6,456 nt of DNA from NCBI RefSeq assembly GCF_006345805.1, contig NW_021829332.1, forward strand, positions 1 through 6,456, read 5' to 3'. Position 1 is the stretch's first letter, and every line of letters begins with the position of its first letter. Below the pieces are notes generated by a model, which made no database searches, was not told the DNA's origin, and worked only from the letters and a program-made list of their open reading frames with translations. Origin of the DNA: Octopus sinensis. Lineage: Eukaryota. Both the position numbers and the translations under genes were made by a program. Positions 1 to 6,278 of the stretch are shown piece after piece.

Positions 1-139
1 ACTCTTTTGCTAAGCATATCCATCTCATTGAAAATTGATGGAATAATAGATTACTTGACATAATATTTTACTGATTATGTTATTGAGTTCTCTATTTTTA
101 CTAAGTATATAGGCTTAAAGACTTATCACTGTTCTGTGC

Positions 140-1410
140 TATGAAGATCAGAAGTGTGAAGTGTTTAAAATTGTAAAACAATGTATTGATAGTTCAGTTT
201 GTAGTCAGTGAAAAGTGCATCTGCAATGATAGTGATGCACTCACTGAGGAGATAATAAAAATAAAAATGCTACAGTAAGTTGTTACTGAATATAAAGAAA
301 GTGTGAGAGGAGTTACCTCAGATTGTCCCTACAGAAGAATTAGCTATCAATGATTACTACATTGTTGGAAGGGCCATGAAGGTTATGAAGTCAGGGAAAG
401 CAGTGAAGCACTGGGGAATAATACCAAGATGTTGTAAATGTCTGGTAAAGTAGGATACTAGACACTAGCATTGTAAACCAGGATGTACAAGGATGTATTA
501 TTACTTTATTAGGTAGCAGCATCATTGTCAACTGCTACAAGGTCAAAGAAAATGCTTTAGCAGAGAGTAGTAAAAAAGGCATAAAATTGATGGTTCATCT
601 AAACTAATTCTCAGCGATCAGATTGAGAATTCATTTCAGTGAGATGTGGAGGTATCACCAATGCTCTTTTTTTTAGTGAGATAGCTGGAAGAATTTCTAA
701 GCTAAAGGAAAATCACTGTACTTGGCATCCATTGATCTGGAGAAGGGCGCTTCACAATGTTGTCTGGTGATTGCTATGAAAACTGACTATATATGAATGG
801 ACTGAGAGCCTTGCATGTATGTTATGTATAGAGTTGTCAGCAAACTGAAAGTTAGCAATAAGTTCAGTTAATAATTTAGCATGCAGGTAGGGGTCCATCA
901 GGGCTTAGTTTTTAAGCCTACTCCTGATTATTATATTTCTCTAGAAGAGTTCAAGACTGGCTGTCCATAGGAACTCCTGTATGCTGATGACCTAGTTTTA
1001 ACTGAACCACCCAAAAGATGGGGGAAAAAGTTCAGGTAATTATAGATAATTAACTGTTATTGCATGGTAGTGAGACATAGGCACTGGATTCAAAGGATTG
1101 TGAAGGTTGGGAAGAAATAGATCTAGCATGCTTTACTGGATGTGTAATGTCAATTTGCATGAATGACAGAGCATGGGTGAGTCGAGCAAAAAATGGACTT
1201 TAGAAGCATCAACTCTAATGTGCAAGACAGATGACAACACTGGTACAGACTTCTGATTGCTTTTAGAGATTGCAGTTGGGTAAAGAAGTGTCAAACAAAG
1301 ACTGAGGAATAAATGATGAAAGCAGTTCTCAGGATGCTGAACCTCATGAAAGAGATGACTCAAAATTACAGCAAATTGTGGGACACTGTGATAGGGAAGA
1401 TGCATGAAAT
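140..1410 (+). mobile_element. Decayed RTE-clade non-LTR retrotransposon (LINE): reverse transcriptase and C-terminal region, with many stops, frameshifts and internal deletions
   Basis: Manual translation across frameshifts gives RTE ORF motifs in the right order: EDQKCEVFKIVKQC (143-184), SSIIVNCYK (515-541), LYLASIDLEK (716-745), GVHQG (890-904), EEFKTGCP*ELLYADDLVL (YADD at 980-991; Trp codon replaced by TAG), LHGSET* (1060-1080), then YWMCNV, WVKKC and LWDTV. Boundaries are approximate. Confidence 0.92.
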
Positions 1411-1849
1411 CAGGAAAAAAATGTATGAGGCTGAAGATAAATAACTTTTGATTTTCCAATTTTTATTATCATACTGTAAACAAACATTTGGGCTAATGCA
1501 AAAAAAGGAAGGGAGCACTAGGAATATTTATTTGGTCTAGTTAAGTACCTTTCTGATATCACATTTTGCAAGAATTGACTTTGTCCTTCATCTTTTTGAT
1601 GTTAATAAATAGGTATTGATGATGTGGAAGGAAAAGGTTGAGTTAGTAGAATACAGTCTAACTGTAGTGTAGTCATCAAGTTTCCATGTACTCTGTACCT
1701 AATCAAAGCACCACCTTTAGACTCACTTATGATCATTAAAAAGGAAAAAGAAAACAAAGCAAAAAAACATATTTATTAGTTTGAATTGTACTAGTCCTAA
1801 TTTTTCTTTATTTCATATCGTATTTACTATTTTCCAGGGACAACTTCTG

Positions 1850-2590
1850 CGGCACTGCAGCATTATATTATTTAATCTGTCTTCTTGTTCATGTTGCATG
1901 TGCCAACATATACAAATCTCAATGGGTCAGTGAAGACTGTGCATTTATACATGATATTCTTGGCAAGATATTTATTATCTAAAAGATAGGAGGCAGGGAA
2001 TCTGCAGCTGCATAGTTTTATTGTGGGTGCTATAGGGGAAGTTAAGGGGTTCCCTCCACCTGACAATAACCAAATATCATAGGGGTCACATGTTCTTCTT
2101 TTATGAGGTGTAGTGATGGTATGATGGAGCTATCCAGAGGATGTAATTTATAGTGGCTGTCATGTCTGGTGACATCATCTCCATTATTTGCTACTTTGGT
2201 AACCAGCATAGCCTGATCCATAGACCAGTTGTGATTAATGAGCAGTGTACTTGGTGTAACACTAGTGGGGTAGATGTCCAATCCAGTTAGAGGTTTAGAA
2301 GAAGTCATGGGGTTACTAAGTGAGGGTTAGGGGTTGGTTAGTGTCCTATTTGTTTTTGCTGCTACTCACATCTAGGTTTTCCTAATTTTCTGTTGTTAAG
2401 GTGGTGAGTAATCCCAGCTATGTTAGATGTGGTGGAGTAGAATGATTTAATAGATTGAGGTTTGAAGATTTTCTGGAGAGTACTAGACTTAGGGAAGTGC
2501 TTTTCCCACAGTAGAAAGAAAAAATTGGGTAACCTACTCTGGATATTAAGTGGAGTGGAATCAGATTATGGTATGCTTACAAAGTTTCTA
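1850..2590 (-). mobile_element. Decayed Penelope-like element: RT thumb/linker, Cys motif and GIY-YIG endonuclease N-terminus
   Basis: The minus strand reads LWEKHFPKSSTLQKIFKPQSIKSFYSTTSNIAGITHHLNNRKL (KHFPK at 2502-2488). This resembles the PLE motif I recall as LIDKHFP..H.LHKIFNRNT.K.SYSCM.N...II..HN.K. Further on, ORF 1872-2066 reads CSCRFPASYLLDNKYLAKNIMYKCTVFTDPLRFVYVG (2012-1902), matching CxCx5Cx5C followed by the (V/I)xY...Y(I/V)G GIY-YIG motifs. Two Cys positions are now TAT, one change from TGT. Stops and frameshifts separate the blocks. Confidence 0.8.
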
Positions 2591-2625
2591 CACTTGGATC
2601 CCTGGATTGTATTCATATATTTATA

Positions 2626-2628
<3 letters not shown>

Positions 2629-2658
<30 letters not shown>
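2629..2658. repeat. (AT)15 microsatellite
   Basis: Perfect AT dinucleotide run, directly abutting the (CAT)5 tail of the next element. Confidence 0.98.
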
Positions 2659-2660
<2 letters not shown>

Positions 2661-3019
2661 TCATCATCATCATCGTTTAATGTCTGCTTTCCATGCTAGC
2701 ACGGGTTGGACGATTTTGACTGAGGGCTGGCGAACCAGATGGCCGCACCAGACTCCAATCTTGATCTGGCAGAGTTACTACAGCTGGATGCCCTTCCTAA
2801 CGCCAACCACTCCGAGAGTGTAGTGGGTGCTTTTTACGTGCCACCAGCACAGGGGCCAGTCAGGCGGTACTGGCAATGACCTCGCTCGAATCTTTTTATA
2901 CATGCCACTGGCACAGGTGCCAGTAGGTGATGTTGGTAACGATCACGCTCGAATGGTGCCCTTTTATGTGCCACAGCACGGGGGCCAGCCAGGCGGTACT
3001 GGCAGTGACCTCGCTCGAT
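2659..3019 (-). mobile_element. Non-autonomous RTE-derived retroposon (SINE-like/bipartite), copy 1, with (ATG)n tail and 5' tandem subunits
   Basis: (CAT)5 at 2659-2673 is the 3' tail on the minus strand. The body is roughly 80% similar by eye to 5553-5718 in opposite orientation and shares an identical 28-nt block GAGTGGTTGGCGTTAGGAAGGGCATCCA (2812-2785 on -, 5571-5598 on +). I recall that motif from RTE 5' UTRs. No coding capacity. Confidence 0.85.
2826..3019. repeat. Three tandem 63-66 bp subunits (A-B-A') within the RTE-derived element
   Basis: Units 2826-2891, 2892-2954 and 2955-3019 each end in CGCTCGA(A)T. Units 1 and 3 share GGGGCCAG(T/C)CAGGCGGTACTGGCA(A/G)TGACCTCGCTCGA. Confidence 0.9.
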
Positions 3020-3023
3020 ATAT

Positions 3024-3376
3024 ATGGTTCCGGGTTCAGTCCCACTGCGTGGCATCTTGGGCAAGTGTCTTCTGCTATAGCCCCGGGCCGACCAATGCCT
3101 TGTGAGTGGATTTGGTAGACGGAAACTGAAAGAAGCCTGTCGTATATATGTATATATATATATATATATGCATTTGTGTGTCTGTGTTTGTCCCCCTAGC
3201 ATTGCTTGACAACCGATGCTGGTGTGTTTATGTCCCTGTCACTTAGCGGTTCGGCAAAAGAGACCGATAGAATAAGTACTGGGCTTACAAAGAATAAGTC
3301 CTGGGGTTGATTTGCTCGACTAAAGGCGGTGTTCCAGCATGGCCGCAGTCAAATGACTGAAACAAGTAAAAGAGTA
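3024..3376 (+). mobile_element. 5'-truncated tRNA-derived SINE with internal (TA)n
   Basis: B-box-like GGTTCAGTCCC at 3033-3043 with no A-box upstream. Core CCGACCAATGCCTTGTGAGTGGATTTGGTAGACGGAAACTGAAAGAAGCC (3088-3137). Internal TA-rich run at 3143-3169. 3' stem-loop CAGTC-AAAT-GACTG (3346-3359) and tail AAGTAAAAGAGTA. The layout matches an abundant octopus SINE as I recall it; the family name is not verified. Confidence 0.85.
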
Positions 3377-4338
3377 TATATTATATATATATATACATGG
3401 GACATTCTGGCGCAGCAGTTTTGGCACTTATTTGCCATCACTGATTCAACTTATTTGATATCAGATGCTTTACTATCCTTCTCACTCTCTCCCAACCTTC
3501 CTATGTTTATGTGTGTGAACAACTAAAGTGTTATGTATGCAATGCCTGTCCCACTTTCACTATTTATGCCCATGCAAGTGTTTATTTGCCTCTAAAGCCA
3601 ACATGTGCTGCTTGCCAAAACAGGCAGAATGTCCAGTCAACTGTGCCAAATCGTCAGCATCCAACCAGCAGCCCCTAACTGTCTCAAACTATAAACATTA
3701 AACGAAGCACATTTTATAGCAAGGTACTTTTTTTCTCCCTAAAGTTTAAGATAAATTTTAAACCATCTCTCGGGGAAGATATATTATTTTTGTAAAGAAG
3801 AATTCATAACTGCTTTCACACAAACTCAACTTCCTGATCAGAAATGGTTTGGTCATAATATTGAGGGAATAAAGGATTTTGCCATACACTTCCTCTTGAC
3901 TCCCATCAATTGCTGTTTTGAAACAGATTCCAAATGTCCTTTAATTATATCTATGGGAAAAATGATCTCAGCTTAGCTAAGACACCATAAACCACAACCC
4001 ACTTTTACTTTCGTTTGTATTCTAAATAGGAAAAAAAAAAAAGAACGAATATTTTTCTGAATTTTAATTCTATTTAATATTTTACAAGAAAATGTTAAAT
4101 ATTTCTTAACGAATCAATATCAGTAAGAATTATAGCAAATTTGAAGTGGCTATATTTACTAGAATTTGTTTGCAGCAGTTACTTTTTCACTTTTCTCAAG
4201 CATCCTTTGAAAGCAAACTCATTACTAGTAAAAGAGGGGTTTTTTTCTATTTATAAGTCATTTAGCCCCAGGTCAGCACTTAAAAAGCAAAAGTAGTTCA
4301 GCTATAACCATCCTATCAGAATCTAGAAAAGAACTGTA

Positions 4339-4518
4339 CATCATTATCATCATCATCATCATCACCATCACCATCATCATCATCAGGTAATGTTCATACT
4401 CCATGCTTGCATAGGTTGGTTAGTTTGATAGAAGCTAAGTGAGCTTATAGAGGACTGCAACCAAGCTCCAACAGCTGGTTTGGCAGGGTTTGGTTGGATG
4501 CTCCTCCTAGAACCAACT
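4339..4518 (-). mobile_element. Older, more diverged fragment of the same RTE-derived family, with imperfect (CAT)n tail
   Basis: An imperfect (CAT)n at 4339-4384 is followed by TAATGTTCATACTCCATGCTTGCATAGGTTGG, GCTCCAA...TGGCAGGGTTT and TGGATGCTCCTCCTAGAACCAAC. These are colinear with TAATGTCTGCTTTCCATGCTAGCACGGGTTGG ... TGGATGCCCTTCCTAACGCCAAC of copy 1. Confidence 0.75.
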
Positions 4519-4608
4519 ACTTAAAACATTTTCTTAAAAAGGGTAGAATGCAATTAGCAACAAAGTGGAGGTGCTGAAGAATTTAGGAGAAACGATGGGT
4601 AATGTAAG

Positions 4609-4639
4609 CTTAAGATCCTCGTCTAACGAGGATCTTAAG
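4609..4639. repeat. Perfect 14-bp inverted repeat with 3-nt spacer
   Basis: CTTAAGATCCTCGT (4609-4622), CTA, ACGAGGATCTTAAG (4626-4639). Confidence 0.97.
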
Positions 4640-4785
4640 ATTTCAATTAATATTTTGAATTTACATTAGCATATTCTAATAGGGCAGTCACAAGCAGATT
4701 GACAAACGTTTTTATTCCATATTTCATACATTGTTACACAATTCATGTAATGTTATGTAATCATGTCATAATATATGAAAATACG

Positions 4786-4840
4786 TTATGATTCTATAGT
4801 TCATTCACTTCCTCAGATGTTATGATGTCATATATATATA
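4786..4840 (+). repeat. 55-bp direct repeat, copy 1
   Basis: TTATGATTCTATAGTTCATTCACTTCCTCAGATGTTATGATGTCATATATATATA; 54/55 identical to 5278-5332 (G4827 vs A5319), offset 492 bp. Confidence 0.97.
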
Positions 4841-4886
4841 GCATACTTAAATCTCAGAATGAGATTGAAACAGTAATCGCTCGATA

Positions 4887-5230
4887 ATGTAAAGTATAGA
4901 AGCCATCTTATCATGGCTAACCACATTGGGGAGGGGGTGTTACTGTAGCTTTATAGCCCCAAGAGATCTTCGTCTCAAGCTGGCTTTAGACACAATATCA
5001 GTGTCCTTGGAGTATTTGCAAAGGGAGGCCATCCCTTCCTCGCTAGCCTTAGTGATACGCTCGAACTAGGTTTCGGGATTCTTGCGAGGAAGGGATGGCC
5101 TCCCTTTGCAAATACTTCAAGGACACTGATATGTGTCTAAAGCCAGCTTGAGATGAAGATCTCTTGGGGCTAAGCTACAGTACACCCCCTCCCCAATGTG
5201 GTTAGCCATGATAAGATGGCTTCTATACTT

Positions 5231-5235
<5 letters not shown>
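4887..5235. repeat. Long near-perfect inverted repeat (arms 157 and 152 bp, 40-nt spacer)
   Basis: 4887-5043 is the reverse complement of 5084-5235 except for 2 substitutions and 3 small indels (1, 3 and 1 nt extra in the left arm). Spacer is 5044-5083. Confidence 0.97.

Positions 5236-5271
<36 letters not shown>
5234..5271. repeat. (AT)19 microsatellite
   Basis: Perfect AT run starting at the end of the right hairpin arm. Confidence 0.98.
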
Positions 5272-5273
<2 letters not shown>

Positions 5274-5277
5274 TAGC

Positions 5278-5332
5278 TTATGATTCTATAGTTCATTCAC
5301 TTCCTCAGATGTTATGATATCATATATATATA
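5278..5332 (+). repeat. 55-bp direct repeat, copy 2
   Basis: 54/55 identical to 4786-4840. Confidence 0.97.
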
Positions 5333-5344
5333 TTATATTATACA

Positions 5345-5410
5345 CTAGCTGAAGGTAACCCGCTCTACGCGCGGGTAAGAGTGTGGTTGTTACTTTCTGT
5401 TGCTTCCTTT
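5345..5410 (-). mobile_element. Helitron-like 3' terminus; the element body may continue to the right beyond the inserted RTE-derived copy
   Basis: The minus strand reads ACCCGC-GCGTAGA-GCGGGT (GC-rich hairpin, 5376-5358), 9 nt, CTAG (5348-5345), then T. This is the canonical Helitron subterminal hairpin, CTRR end and T target base. No 5' TC end could be placed, and no Rep/helicase sequence is present. Confidence 0.6.
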
Positions 5411-5718
5411 CAGCACGTAAAAAGCACCATCCGAACGTGGTCGATTGCAGCGCCGCCTTGACTGGCTTCTGTGCTGGTGGCATGTAAAAAGCACCAACCG
5501 ATCGTGGCCACTGCCAGCCCCCCCTGGCACCTGTGCCGGCGGTACGAAAAAAGCACCCACTACGCTCACAGAGTGGTTGGCGTTAGGAAGGGCATCCACC
5601 TGTAGAAACACTGCCAGATCAGACTGGAGCCTGGTGCAGCCTCCTGGCTTCCCAGACCCCGGTCAAACTGTCCAAGCCGTGCTAGCACGGAAAACGGACG
5701 TTAAACGACGATGATGAT
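5411..5718 (+). mobile_element. Non-autonomous RTE-derived retroposon, copy 2, with GACGATGATGAT tail
   Basis: Reverse-complement homolog of 2659-3019. Subunits ending TAAAAAGCACC/AAAAAAGCACC at 5411-5428 (partial), 5429-5495 and 5496-5557, then the body and the tail at 5707-5718. Confidence 0.85.
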
Positions 5719-5822
5719 TCTCCCTCTTTGTTTCTCTCTCACTTTCCCCACTCTCTTACTCTTCCTTTCTCTCGGACTCTCCCTCGCTTTCTCTTACTCT
5801 CTATCTTTATCTATCTCTCTCC
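5719..5822. repeat. Degenerate (CT)n polypyrimidine tract
   Basis: About 100 bp almost entirely C/T on the plus strand. Confidence 0.9.
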
Positions 5823-6000
5823 TATTTATAAACAACAAAAGATCTTGAGTAAGTTGAGAAATAAAATATTTAGAAAGATCAATCATAAATATCAGGCAGT
5901 AAAAACGGAAAGGTCTGCTTCAAGGCAGACAGTAAAACACTAACATTTAAAAGGGACAGACGAACTTGCGAGCTGAATAAAAATAATAAAATATTGGAAA

Positions 6001-6278
6001 CCAAAGTTTGAAGGGATAGAATGTGAGGATAGTAGAGTTACCATGGCTGGCATTTCTTAACAACGGACAGCAACGTTTTGACAGTTTAACGGCTGGTGTA
6101 AAATTTTGAACTTGATGTAAAATAAAATCCCTAAACACCAAGTTTTGAAGTGATTCTTTCTCACGACAGTAGACTCACCATGGCAAGCATTCAAAACTTC
6201 ATCATGGACGGCAACACATTGACGATGAAAAGGCTGGCGCAAATTTTTTTGCTTGATGTAACAGAGAATTCCTAAACA
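6001..6278 (+). repeat. Degenerate tandem duplication, units of 137 and 141 bp
   Basis: 6001-6137 and 6138-6278 share colinear anchors: CCAA(A)GTTT(T)GAAG, AGTAGA..ACCATGGC, GGAC(A/G)GCAAC, GGCTGG, CTTGATGTAA, CCTAAACA. Confidence 0.8.

Noticed and set aside
1133-1459. 108-aa minus-strand ORF
   Set aside because: It is the antisense frame of the decayed RTE C-terminal region; no independent protein features.
2042-2308. 88-aa ORF as a stand-alone gene or host exon
   Set aside because: No recognisable domain. It lies between two PLE motif blocks on the same strand and is best treated as linker.
2324-2341. Telomere-like GGGTTAGGGGTTGGTTAG
   Set aside because: Only one true TTAGGG; not an array.
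2826-3019. CRISPR-like repeat array
   Set aside because: Units are contiguous degenerate tandem repeats without unique spacers, no cas genes are present, and the context is eukaryotic.
2827-3202. ORFs 2827-3105, 2834-3202 and 2927-3118
   Set aside because: They run through GC-rich tandem subunits, the SINE and a microsatellite; the peptide repeats simply mirror DNA repeats.
3329-3526. 65-aa ORF
   Set aside because: Starts inside the SINE tail and crosses an AT microsatellite.
3445-3678. Stop-free Cys-containing frame with LKCYVC, reminiscent of a Ly6/three-finger N-terminus, near a pyrimidine tract and AG at 3527-3528
   Set aside because: No ATG, the remaining Cys spacing does not fit a three-finger domain, and no convincing donor site lies before the stop. 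RNA-seq splice junctions would be needed to revive it.
4574-4630. Hammerhead-like string CTGAAGA-8nt-GAAAC...GTC with a plausible helix III
   Set aside because: Helix II (ATTTAGGA) cannot pair, helix I has no complement after the GTC, and the 14-bp palindrome would out-compete the fold.
4786-4820. CUGAGGA...GAA hammerhead-like core on the minus strand of the 55-bp repeat (also 5278-5312)
   Set aside because: No canonical GAAA, no helix II and no helix I complement.
5286-6242. ORFs 5286-5483, 5390-5611, 5445-5714, 5728-5943, 5947-6141 and 6057-6242
   Set aside because: Short, overlapping repeats or low-complexity tracts (the L/S/F-rich peptide comes from the CT tract), with no domain signatures.
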